From the NCBI GenBank assembly GCA_004431415.1, contig QPMI01000043.1, positions 1-64,000 on the forward strand: 64,000 nt of DNA, written 5' to 3'. Source of the DNA: Cyanophora paradoxa CCMP329. Lineage: Eukaryota; Plantae; Glaucophyta. The position numbers and the translations under genes are program-made. Below are positions 11,034 to 22,639 of this stretch, piece after piece. The notes below the pieces were generated by a model. That model made no database searches. It worked only from the letters and a program-made list of their open reading frames with translations, and was not told where the DNA came from. Positions within the stretch are counted from its first letter, which is position 1. Each line of letters starts with the position of its first letter.

Positions 11034-11937
11034 CTACTCGTCGGGTTCGCAGCTGCACGGCCGGGCGTCAGCAACGCGCGGGCGGGTCGCGGGCTCGGGT
11101 GAGGGCGGACGTGGCGGTGAGGCCGCAGGAGCGGAGGCCCTCGACGTAGAGCTCGGCGACCTCCTGGACGACGACGGCGGCCACCGCGAAGCCTTCGTTG
11201 TGCGCCTTCGACATGATCTCCACCGCGTCCGCCGTCGTCAGCCCGTCGATCACCTGCCCCCGCCCGCCCGCCCCCGGCTCAGCGCTCCAGCCCACTGCAG
11301 GCGGCGCGCGCGCGGGCTGCTCGCCTTCAGCAGGCTCTGCACGACATGCTCGCGCTTGTTGAAAGGGTCGTTGAAGAGAAGCACCTGCGGGCAGAAGTTG
11401 AGAATGCCGCGGATTCGAAGCCCGCCGAAGGTTCCGCGGGCGCGGGACTGGAACGCACCCGGTACTTGGGCGCCTGCGCCTTGCGGCGAGCCATGAAAGT
11501 AGCCCAGGCAGTGTCTAAAAGAGCGGCGGATGCGGTCGGTTAACGCTCGCAGCGACCACGACACCCATTATGGGAGAGGAGAAAGCAACGGGGATCGCAG
11601 CGGGGCGAGCGCGGAACGCACCCACATCGACATCGCCGATCACACTAGGACGCTCCAACACAGCAGCGCCTCCCTTGAGGCCGCCGGAGCCGCCGGGAAT
11701 GCTCACGGCGCTGAACACCCGCTGCAGCTCGAAGACGACAGACTGCGGCGCGGGCCCCTCGCACTGCGTTGCCGGCTGTGCAGGAGCAGCGTTACGGCAA
11801 ACCGCCGGGCTCGCAATGGCAACTGCGCAAGCGAGTGCATGGTCAGGGCGAGCGGAATGGCAACTTCGCAATGATGTACCGCAACGGCCGATGGCTTGGG
11901 ACCGCACAGGATTCGCGGGCGCAACGAACGCGGCCAT
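11034..11937 (-). CDS. clpS: Plastid-targeted ClpS adaptor protein
   Basis: Transit peptide MAAFVAPANP...; VLLFNDPFNKREHVVQSLLK|VIDGLTTADAVEIMSKAHNEGFAVAAVVVQEVAELYVEGLRSCGLTAT|CEPDE*. Confidence 0.9.
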
Positions 11938-11995
11938 GTTGACAAACTCGCCGGGGAATGCGTGCTCTACCCCGCCAGAGGCGGGTACGGCAACA

Positions 11996-12736
11996 ATGCT
12001 GCGCGGCGGGCTCGTCAGCCTCGCGGGGCGCCTGGCTGCCGGCGGCGTGCCCAGGGCGCAGGCGCCGTCTTGCCTGTCTCAGTGCAGGGCATCGCACAGC
12101 AAGATCTTCGTCACTCTCAACAACGACGTCCCCGGGCTCGGCTACAGCGGCGAGGAGGCCGAGGTATCGCGCGGATACGGTGCATCCGTCCGTCTCCACG
12201 CCAGCAGCGCGGCGCGGCGCTGACGCCGCGCAGCCCGAAACTTCCTTGTCCCTCGCGGCCTCGCCCGGATCGTTCCGCTTGTGCGCGGCTTGAGGCGCGC
12301 AAGGCTTGCGAAGCAGAAGAGCCCAGAGGAGGCGCAGGTGCCTCTTGCGCTCCGCGCCTGGCCTCGCGCATGCTGAGGCGAAGCGGTTTAGGCGGCGACC
12401 GGCCCCGAGGCCGAGGAGAAGCGGATGGCCGACATGCTCCGCGGATATCTTTCAAGGAAGCCTCTTAGCTTCAAGCGCCAGATGGGGAAGGACGGTGAAT
12501 CCGCCACCGGGCGCCGCGCGCCCTCCTGGCGCCGACGCGGGCGGGCGGCAGGGCGCACCTTCCAGAGCACGGTGGCGCCGGAGCACGTGGCGAAGTACCT
12601 GCGGGAGAAGGCGAAGTTCGAGGTGGATGCGGGGGACGTGCGCGTGCCGGAGATCAAGGAGCCGGGCGAGTACGAGGGCGGCATCCGCATCGGCGGCGAG
12701 GAGTTCCCCGTCACCCTCTTCGTCGAAGCCCGATAG
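11996..12736 (+). CDS. MRPL9: Organellar (probably mitochondrial) ribosomal protein bL9
   Basis: Arg-rich presequence; VTLNNDVPGLGYSGEEAEVSRGY|ARNFLVPRGLA (L9 N-domain) and IKEPGEY (L9 C-domain). Confidence 0.85.
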
Positions 12737-13010
12737 CGCGCCCCGCCCGAGAGGCTCCTCCCTCCCCCCCTCCTCCCCTGTACTCTACTTGATGGACAGC
12801 GATAGGGCTCCGCATGCGCCCCGCCCGCCCCCGGCCCGCAAGCGAGAACGGAGGCACCGCTTCGTTGCTTGCAGCGCTCCTTCTGCTCTCGGCTCACTAA
12901 TGAGACGGGGAGGCACGAGATGGGATTCGATGGGCGGCGGGCTGCGCGGAGAGGAGCGGGCGCGGCGCTCGCGATCGGGGCGGAGGGTGCTGGAGAGGGG
13001 GGCGTCGGAG

Positions 13011-13881
13011 TCAGGGGCGGGCCTCGCCGAGGGCCGGCGCCGCCTCGGGCTCGGCCTCGAGCTCGGGCTCGCGGCGCAGCGGCCGCCCGTCGTGGTAGAG
13101 CAGCTTCGCGGCGGGGGCGGCCGCCCCGGGGCCGGGCCCCGCAGCGGACCGGGAGGGGCGGGCGGGGCCCCCCGCGGAGACCACCGACAGCCCCGGCAGC
13201 CGCAGCCGCGCCGCCGCGTTCATCTGCGCCCGCGAGCAGTCGGGGGTACGCGCATCGAGAGCGGGGGCTTCGTTCGCGCACGGCGAACTCGGCGACGTCG
13301 AGGGGCGGCTCCGAGGCGGGCTGGAGGGCCCAGAGCACCACGGGCACCTCCGCCTCCACCATCGCCTGCGGGGGGGCCCGGGTTCTAAGCCTTGAAGGGC
13401 GAGCTCGGGGGCCTGTTTCGAGCTCTGAGGCCGGGGGCACCTTGTGGGCCTCGTCGGAGAAGCCGCGGAGGCCGGCGAGGACGCGCACGGCGCCCTCCCC
13501 CCGCTCCCGCGCCCTGCGCCCGAGGGTAGGCTCGAGAGGCCGGCGGGGCGGGGCGCGCGGGGCGGGGCCGGGGGCGCTGACCCGCGGAGCTCGCGGACGT
13601 GGGCCGGCCCGAGGCGGGCGCGCGGCCGCAGGCGGGCCTGCACCATGACGGGCACGGGGTCGCCCTTCCCCAGCCGCCACTCCCCCACCAGGTCCGTCCC
13701 TCTGCGCCCCCGAAGCTCGCGGCGGGGCCGGGGGAGAGGGCGGGGAGGAGGGGCCGGGCGGACGGTCGCGGGGCCCGCCGATGGCCTGGAGCTGAAGGCC
13801 GTAGCAGGAGAGGGTGGCGAGGACCTCCCGCTCGAAGGCCGCCCCGCGCCCCGCCGCGCTCCCCGCCCCCGCCGGCCCCGC
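13011..13881 (-). CDS. RRG7/DUF2034 (Mrr-like, PD-(D/E)XK fold) domain, apparently the C-terminus of the MutS gene
   Basis: Spliced [27 protein letters not shown]|(G)TDLVGEWRL...[23 protein letters not shown]|...[14 protein letters not shown]|[11 protein letters not shown]...FA|[15 protein letters not shown]. One junction needs a shifted acceptor or a 1-bp homopolymer correction. Confidence 0.7.
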
Positions 13882-16800
13882 CTGTGCCGCCCGTCGCGCC
13901 CCGCCCCGCCCCGGCTGGCGCGCGTGGCGGGGGGCCGGCGCGCGCACGGGGACGCCGGCGCCTCCCACGTGCCCGCAGAGTCCGAACCCGCCGCAGCCGC
14001 CGCCGCGGTTTCCGAGCCGGCCCCGATCTCTTCCTCCTCCTCCTCGTCTTCCTCATCCTCGTCCTCGCCCTCCTCGTCCTCCTCGACGGGGCCGTCGTAG
14101 GGACGGGCCACGGTGCCCCCCTGCACGTGCGCCTGCCTCAGCAGCTCCCCCATCCGCTCCTGCGGGGACCTCAGCGCGCAGGCCAGGGGAAGGGACGCGG
14201 GGGCGGGACGGTGTGCGGGCCATCTGGCGGGCGTGCTCGGCGTCGGCGGCGGCGAGCTGCGCGCGGAGCGCCGCCGCCTCCCCCTCCAGCGCCGCCTCCC
14301 GCTCCCCCGAGGACGAGGGAGGAGGAGGAGGAGGAGGAGCGGGCGCCTGGGCGGCGGCGGGGGCTCCCCGGGCGGGCGAGGCGGCGGGGCGGGCGGGGCG
14401 GGGCGGGGCCGGTGGCGGAGAAGAGGGCGGCGAGGGCGGCGGGGGAGACGGTCGGCTGGGCCTCGAGGCGGGCGCGGAGGGCCTCGGCGCGGGCGACGAG
14501 GGCGGGGGGCAGCCCCGCGAGGCGCGCCGCCTCCACCCCGAACGAGCGCCCCGAGTCCCCCGGCCGCACCTCGCCCCGCGCGTCAGCTCCCCGCCGAGGC
14601 GCGGGGGGGGCCCTCCACGGGCTTCGACGCTAGAGCTCTCGGGGAGTCCCCGGGGCGGGCCTCACCTCGTGGGGGAAGTTGAGGAGCCCGTCGGGCCGCC
14701 GCTCCACGATCACCTGCCGCCGCCCTCAGCCCGGGTCCGCCCGCGCGCGAGGGGCGGCGCGGGGGAGGGGCGGGCCTGGAGGCAGGCGGCAGCGCCCGGG
14801 GGCAGGACGCGGGGGAGGTGCGCGAGCTCGTGGAGGTGCGTGGCGAAGAGCGTGCGGCAGCGCGCCTCCGTCGCGAGGTGCGCCGCGACGACCGCCGCGA
14901 TCGAGAGGCCGTCCTGGAACGACGTCCCCCGCCTGCAAAGGGGGGAGGAAGAGAATGAGGCGGAAGCGCGAGGTGTGAATGTGGAGAGGGTGGGGGGAGT
15001 CGGGGGGCGGGTGCGGACCCGACCTCGTCGACGAGAACGAGGGAGCGGGGCGTGGCGTGGGCGAGGATCTCCGCCGTGTCCCGCATCTCCACCGCGAACG
15101 TCGAGAGCCTGCCGCCCCCGGCAAGCTCAGCGCGGCGGGCGGGGCGGGGCGGGCGGGGCGGGCGGGGCGGGCGGGGCGGGCCCTTCGGAGAGCTCGTCGA
15201 GGGCGCCGACGCGGGTGAAGATGCGGTCCGCGATCGGCAGCCGCGTCCCCGCGTCGGCCGGCAGCCAGGAGCCCAGCTGCGCCATCACCTGCCCCGCCCC
15301 CCGCCGGCGGTGAGGCTCGGGGCTGGGGGGAGGGGTCGGGGGCGCGCCTGGAGGAGGCCGGCCATGCGGAGGTAGCAGGACTTGCCGCTCGCGTTGGGGC
15401 CCGTCAGGATCGCCAGCCGCGGGCTCTCCGCCCCACCCGCCTCCTCGCCGGCCCCGCCGTCCACGGGGCGGTGCAGGGGGTCCCCGGGCGGCAGCCGCGC
15501 CTCCCCGCCTGCCGCCGGAGAGTCGGGGCGCGCGCTCGAGGGGGCGGGGCGGGCGCGGACCGCCGAGGGTGACGGAGTTGGGGACGAAGGAGCCGCGGTC
15601 GAGGCGCTGCTCGACGACGGGGTGCCGCCCCCGCACCACCACCATCTGGCCCCCGCGAGCTCGAGCCGCCCTCGCCGGGCCCGCAGAGGGCGCCGGGGGC
15701 GCACGCCGCTGCCGTCGGGGCTCTCGAAGACCTCGGGGCGCGTGTAGTTCCAGTCGTCGGCCACCTGGCGGGAGCCGCTCAGCGGGGCGGGAGGGCGCGG
15801 GGCGGGGCGGGCGGGGGGCGCGCCTGGGCGAAGGAGGCGAGGACGTCGACGGCGGCCACCGCCTCGCTCGCCCGCCGCACCTCCCCGGCCTGCCGCCCCC
15901 CGCCCCGCCGCCCCGCTCGCAGGGGCGGGGCGGGGCCGGGGGAAGGGCGGGGCCGGGGGCGGACGACGGCGGCGACGTCGGCGGCGAGCTCGCGGAGGAT
16001 CTCCGCCTCCAGCTCCGCGATTCGGCGCCCGCCCATCTGCACCTGCCCGCCCCGCGTCGCCCGCCGTGGGGCCGGGGCGGGGGGCGGCGGGGGGCCCACC
16101 TGCTCCCAGGCCTCGACGAGCTCGCGGGTGGTGTACCGCGTGACCGACTTCAGGCGCTCCTCTGCCACGTACTCCGGAGGCACCCGCCCCGTGTCCCGCT
16201 GCGCGGCGTCGGCCCTCGAGGGGGGCGGGGCGGCTGCAGGGGCGCACGGTGGGGACGGCGAGGCGGCAGATGCTCTCCGACTCGAAGAGGCGGAGGCCCC
16301 GGATCCCCGTCCGCTCCTGCTCCCGCTTCTGCCGTCCCGACGCGCGCGTGAGCTGGCGGGGCGGGGCGGGGGCGCCGCTGCGGGGGCGGGCCTCGATGTG
16401 GGCGAGGAAGTCGCGGGCGCGCTTGAGGGCGGCGCGGCTCTCGTCCAGCTCCGCGCTCACCCCCCGCCGCACGGTCGCCCGCTTCTCGCTCACCGCCGGC
16501 GGCGGCACTGCCGGCCCGCCCTCAGCGAAGGGGGCGGGACAGGGCTGGAGGCGGGGCGGGGAGGGGCCGCACCCTCGACGAGGACGCGGCGGACGCGGGC
16601 GGCGGTGGCGCGCAGCGACTCCGTCAGCGACGCCGCGAGCTCCGCCCCGAAGGCCCGCCCAGGCCCCCAGCGCCCCCGACACCTCCTCCACCGCCCCTAC
16701 GCCCCGAGCGTCGCCCCGGGACGGCCGCGCCGGGCGGGCGGGGCGCGCCGACGGAGGCGGCGAGGGCGGAGAGGTCGCGGGCGGCGGAAACGCCGTTCGC

Positions 16801-19173
16801 GACGCGCGTGGCAATGCGCGGGAGGTCGAGCACGCCGTCCAGCGCCCGCCGCACCGCCGCCCGCCCCGCCGCCTCCGCCCGCAGCTCGCCCACCGCGTCC
16901 AGCCGCTGCCCGATCTGCGGCGGAGCAGAGCTCAGGCGGGTCGGCTCAGGAGAGCTTGAGCGAGCGGCGGGCCTCCCGGGGGTCGGTGAGGGGCCGGAGC
17001 ATCCAGGCGCGGAGGAGGCGGGCGCCGACGGCGGTCCGCGTCCTGTCCAGCGCCCAGAAGAGCGAGCTCTGCGGGCCGCGCCGCGCGGCTCAGGGGAGCG
17101 GGGGGAGGGCGGGCGGGCGGGGCCGGGCGGCCCGCTTGGAGGAGGGCCCCTCGAAGAGGTCGAGGTTGCGGCGGGCGACGGCGTCGAGCACCAGCCCGGC
17201 CCCCGCCGCCATCCTGCGGCCCCGCCGGCCCGTCAGGCCCCCGCCCCCGCTGCCGCCGGCCCCCGGCGCACGTGCGGGGCTCGTAGAGCGCGAGGCGCGT
17301 CCCCGCGATGGCCGCCGAGGCCGCCCCCGCCGCGCTCCCCAGCGTCGGCGGGCGGAAGGCCCGGCCCTCGGCGCCCCCATCGCCACCCCGTCCACGTAGC
17401 CGACGATCGCCGCGAGCGCGCGCGCCGCGTGCGGCCGCTCCGCCGCGAAGGCGCCGAGGTCGGCGGGGGCGGCGCCGGCGCCGGCGCCGAGGGGCAGGAA
17501 GCGGCCGGCGAGGCGGTCGAGCTGCTCGAACTCGACGGGCGCCCGCGGCGTGTACAGCAGCGTCAGCGGGAGCCCTGCGCCCCGTCGGCGCGGGCCGCCC
17601 GGGCGGGGCGGGGCGGGGCGGGCACCGGAGTCGATGAGCGGGGAGGTGCTGCCGCGGGGGACGACGCCGAAGCCGCTGGCCTGGAGGTCCGAGGACACGA
17701 GGGCGGGGCAGAGGACCTCGGCGGGGCGCAGCCGCTCGAGCTCGAGGAGCAGCTCGCCGCGGCTGCCCTCCAGCCCGTACGTCTCCCCCGTCGAGACGTC
17801 CGCGTAGGCCAGGCCGCCGCGCGCCCCCGCCTCCCCCTCGGGCGGCAACACGAGCGCCGCCAGCCAGCTGTTCTCGCCCCGCTGCAGCATCGACTCCTCC
17901 AGCAGCGTCCCCGGCGTGATCACCCGCTGCCCGCCCCCCGCCCCCGTCGGCCCCGGCGGGCCCGGAGGCCGGGGCGGGGGGCGGGCGCACCGTGAGGACG
18001 CGGCGGAAGACGTAGCCCTCGTTGTCCTTGCTCTCCCCCGGGCGCAGCTTCTGCGTGGGGTACCGCACGCCCGTGCGCACCTGGTCGCAAATCGCGACAG
18101 AGAAGCCCTGCGCGCGGGCGCAAGGCCCGAGTCGCGCCCAAATGCGCCAGCGGGCGGGGAGGCGGGAGGGGCCAGAGGCGCCTTGCTGATGAGAGTTACT
18201 GCGTACTTGTCGACAGCGTGACTGCCCGGCCCTCAGCCGGCGGCGGCGCAGGTGGGCGGGTGGGCGGGTAGCAGCGCACGCGGGGACGCCGGCCATGGGT
18301 ACGCGGATGCGGCCCTCGGACAGCGGCGCGCCCTCGCCGCGCTTCAGGCCCCGCGCCTTGTAAGCCTCCGCTTTTGCCGTCAGCTGTACCCCCGTCGCCG
18401 CCTTCAGGCTCCGCGCATCCTGCCGCCCCCGTCGGACCCGGCGGCTGTGCTCCGCGCCCTGCCCCGCCCCACCTCAAAGTACGCCTGCGAGAGCGGGGCG
18501 GGCCGTCAGGAGGGGCTGGCCGCCGAGCGCGGACGCTCCGCAGACCTCGTAGAAGTCCCCCACGCGGTACAGAAGGAGCGCCTGCTTAACGTCGTCCTTC
18601 TTTTCTGCGGCGCGCTCGGGCGCGGCCGCACGCACGGGGCGGGACGGCGGCCGCACCGCAGTAGTCCCGCGTGAGGCTGTTCAGGTACTTGCGCTCGACC
18701 GTCTGCGTCGTCAGTTCCGAGATCGGCTCCTTCACCGGCTCCCCGCCTGCATGCGCCGCCCCGCTCACCGCTCGGCGCCCAACGCGGCGCGGGCGCACGG
18801 CGGGGCCGATCGCACCGTCCTCTTCATCGTCGCCGCCCTCCTCGTCCTCGGGCTCTTCGGGGGGGGTGGCGTCCTCGGCTGTCGGATACGCATCGTCTCC
18901 CGTCGCCGCGGACGCGGCGAGCGCCGTGCGCGTCGCGAACTGCCGCGGCGGCGGCCACGCCAGGCCGCCGAGGAACGACCGCCCGGCGAGAAGCGCCGAG
19001 CGCGTCCACGCAACTCTAGCGCCGGCATCTCCGAGCCAAGCAGGTCGCCGTCGCACGAGTGCGACTGCGTTGCGGGTGCGCACGGCCGGCTTGGCGACTC
19101 GCGCCGGTAGCGCGGCCCAGGCGAACATGCGAGTACGCCCAGGCGCTCCCTGACTTGTCGGAGGCACAAACAT
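13011..19173 (-). CDS. mutS: Plastid-targeted cyanobacterial-type MutS1 mismatch-repair ATPase with C-terminal extension (MutS core about 14450-18720)
   Basis: [11 protein letters not shown]|AYFE|[100 protein letters not shown]-terminal transit-like peptide (ATG 19173 or 19128, SFLGG motif). Confidence 0.92.
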
Positions 19174-19359
19174 GCGACAAGCAGCGCCTCCGGCCGGACC
19201 CTGCGCCGCGATCCGTTTTGGCGTACCCGTGCCGCGTTCGTCTCCCCCCAAAATCTTGTCGCGCCCTGCGGCGCGTTGCGACCAACGGCGGCACTCGCTC
19301 GCGCTGGTCTGAGGTCTGTAGGACCATCTGCAGCCCTCAGCATCGCTCGCGTCAGCAGC

Positions 19360-22319
19360 ATGTCGTCGGCCTACGTTGCCCCCTCGCCGCTCGCAGGCAC
19401 CCGCGAGATCGCCACACCGGTGCACTCGGTGAAGGCGGCGTACGCTCAGGCTAGCCGCCCGTCGCGCACCCCCTCCAGCCGCGCCGTCCGGTCGGCGTTC
19501 GGGCAGACACGCTCTGTGCACTCGTTCGACGCCAGCTCGTTCTTTGGCACGTCCCTTCGCCAGGCTCGCGCCCAGCAGCCGATTCGCGCTAGCTACGCGC
19601 CCATATCTGCCAACGCGAGCAGGTGCGCTCCGGACCCGCGCGCAGGCCCTCCCGTCACTCGAGCACCACCCTAGCTCATGCACGTACCTGATTCGCAGCC
19701 CTGCGGTCGCCGACAAGGCCCCCACCGCACCGGTTGAGCTCCCAACTAATGAATCTTCTCCCAAGCTTCTTCGCATCCGTCACAGCTGCGCCCACATCAT
19801 GGCTATGGCCGTGCAGAAGCTGTTCCCTGGCACTCAAGTCATATCCTTTAGGCCCACGCGCTTGCGCTCCTTGCGTGCTAGCTCGCTGCCCCCGACCTTC
19901 CTTGACCGCGTTCCGCCTGCACACCATCGGTCCGTGGATCGACAACGGCTTCTACTACGACTTCGACGTGAAGGAGCCGTTCCAGGAGTCCGACCTTAAG
20001 AAGATCAAGAAGGAGATGGACAAGATTATCAAGCGCAACCTGCCTATCACCTGCGAGGCCCGCCCCGGCCCTTCCGTCCGCGCGTCCGCACCTCACCGTG
20101 CGCTCGAAAACAGGAGGTGACGCGGGAAGAGGCGGAGAAGCGGATCCAGGCGCTCGGCGAGAAATACAAGCTCGAGATCCTGAACGACATCAAGGACGAC
20201 AAGATCACCATCTACTCCATCGGCGAGGAGTGGTGCGTGCGACGCTTCCTTTCCTTTCCTTTCCTTTCCTTCGTGCTCTGCAGGAACGGCGGCTGACGGC
20301 GGGGCGGGCAGGTGGGACCTCTGTGCGGGCCCGCACGTGGAGAAGACCGGCGACATCGCGACGGGCGCCTTCGAGATCGAGTCGCTGGCCGGCGCGTACT
20401 GGCGCGGTGACGAGAAGAACGCCATGCTCCAGCGCGTCTACGGCACCGCCTGGGAGAGCCCCGAGCAGCTCAAGGTCCGCCCGCCAGGGGCCGCCGGGCG
20501 GGGCGAGGCTGACGCTCTCGCAGGCGTACCAGGTGCTGCGCGAGGAGGCAAAGCGCCGGGACCACCGCCGCATCGGCCAGGTGCCGCGCCGCGCCGCGGG
20601 ACGGGCGGGCGCGGGGGCCTCTTTGACGCGGCGGGGCGGCACGCGCAGGAGCTGAACCTCTTCAGCATCCAGGACGAGGCGGGCGGCGGCCTCGTCTTCT
20701 GGCACCCGAAGGGCGCCATCATCCGCCACATGATTGAGAACTACTGGAAGCAGGCGCGGGCCGGCCCCGCGCTCCGCCTCCCGCCGCCCCGCCCCTCCGA
20801 GCCGCCCCGCGCGCAGGCCCACCTCGACGGCGGCTACCAGCTCGTCTACTCGCCGCACATTGCCAATCAGCAGCTTTGGAAGGTGCGCCCCGGCCCGGCC
20901 CGCGCACGCGCGCGCCCGTCGCGCCCCCGGCGAGCGGCGGGGCGCGCAGACGTCGGGCCACCTGGACTTCTACGCGGACTCTATGTTCAACGCCATGTCC
21001 ATCGACGAGGACGCGTACCGCATCAAGGCGCGCCCCGTGGGGCTCGTGCGGGGCGTGGCTGAGGAGATGCTCCTGACGCGCGGGCGCAGCCGATGAACTG
21101 CCCGTTCCACGTGCTGATGTACAAGGACGGCCTGCGCTCGTACCGCGAGCTGCCCCTCCGCTGGGCCGAGCTCGGCACCGTCTACCGCTACGAGCGCTCC
21201 GGTCCGCCCCGCCCCGCCCCGCCCCGCCCCGCCCCGCCCCGCCCGGCCGAGCGGCGGGCGGCAGGGACGCTGCACGGGCTCTTCCGCGTGCGGGGCTTCA
21301 CGCAGGACGACGCGCACGTCTTCTGCCTCCCGAGCCAGGCCCGCCCCCCGCCCCGCCCCCCGCCGCCCCCCGCCAACTCCGCAGGCAGATCGCGGAGGAG
21401 ATCCGGAAGGTGCTGGACCTGGTGGAGGACATCCTCTCCTTCTTCGGCTTCCACAAGTACGAGGTCAACCTCTCCACGCGCCCCGAGAAGAGCGTCGGCT
21501 CCGACGACATCTGGGACAAGGCCACCGTCGCCCTCCGCGAGGCCCTTGACGCCAAGGGCTGGGACTACGCCGAGGACGTCGGCGGCGGCGCCTTCTACGG
21601 CCCCAAGATCGACATCAAGATCCAGGACGCCATCGGGCGCAAGTGGCAGTGCTCCACCATCCAGTGCGACTTCAACCTGCCAGAGGTGCCCCGCCCCGGG
21701 CCCCGGCGGCCCCGGGGACGGCGGCGGGGCGGGGGGCTGAGGGGCGGCGGGGGCAGCGCTTCGACATGGAGTACGTGGCGGCGGACGGGTCGCGGCAGCG
21801 GCCGATCATGATCCACCGCGCCATCTTCGGCTCGCTGGAGCGCTTCTTCGGGATCCTGTGCGAGAACTACGCCGGCGACTTCCCCCTCTGGCTCTCCCCC
21901 GTCCAGGCCCGCGTCATCCCCATCACCGAGCAGCAGGCCGACTACGCCAGCGAGGTCGCCGCCCGCCTCCGCGCCGCCGGCCTCCGCGCCGAGGTCGACC
22001 ACTCCGGCGACCGCCTCGGCAAGGCCGTCCGCAACGCCGAGAAGGCCAAGGCGCGCCCCGCCCCGCCCCCCCTCCCCCTCCCCACCCTTTCCGAACGTAT
22101 TCCTCAACGCCCGGACAGATCCCGGTCATGTGTGTGGTGGGCAAGGAGGAGATGGCGAACGGGGCGGTCAACGTGCGCATCCGGGCGAAGCGGGACGAGA
22201 ACAGCGCGGAGAACGCCGGCGAGATGGGCACGCTCTCCGTGGACGACCTCGCCACGACGCTGCAGGCCGCCGTCGAGAGCCGCCTCACCATCGACGAGTT
22301 CCACAAGCGGCGGCAGTAG
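19360..22319 (+). CDS. thrS: Organellar (plastid) threonyl-tRNA synthetase, cyanobacterial type
   Basis: Transit peptide MSSAYVAP...SSFFG; [34 protein letters not shown]|[62 protein letters not shown]; 13 introns. Confidence 0.97.
19841..19922 (+). other. U12-type (minor spliceosome) AT-AC intron, 82 nt
   Basis: 5' ATATCCTTT, branch site TTCCTTGAC (19898-19906), 3' CAC. Removal restores the conserved QV|TIGPW. Confidence 0.93.
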
Positions 22320-22639
22320 CGCCCTGCTCCCTTTTCGCTTCTCCTCGCCAGGGGTGGGTAGGCGCCGTGCACTGATGCTGTCCCTTCTGTTCTAGCCAGG
22401 CTTTCCTTTGTGTGATCTATGCATGTTCGTACCTAAACGGTGTGCACGCACGGCGCGGCAGCCAGTTTGCAAGTGCTAGCAGTTCGCCGACGGGTACAGA
22501 ATTGAAGACGGCTTAGCTAGCGCGGCGCTTCAACTCGCCAGCCTTCAACAGCTTCAACTCGCCAGCCCAACACCAGCGAAGAGCTTCCCGCACACTCGTA
22601 CACGCGAAGCGCACCCACGCCAGCCCAACAACAGCGAAC

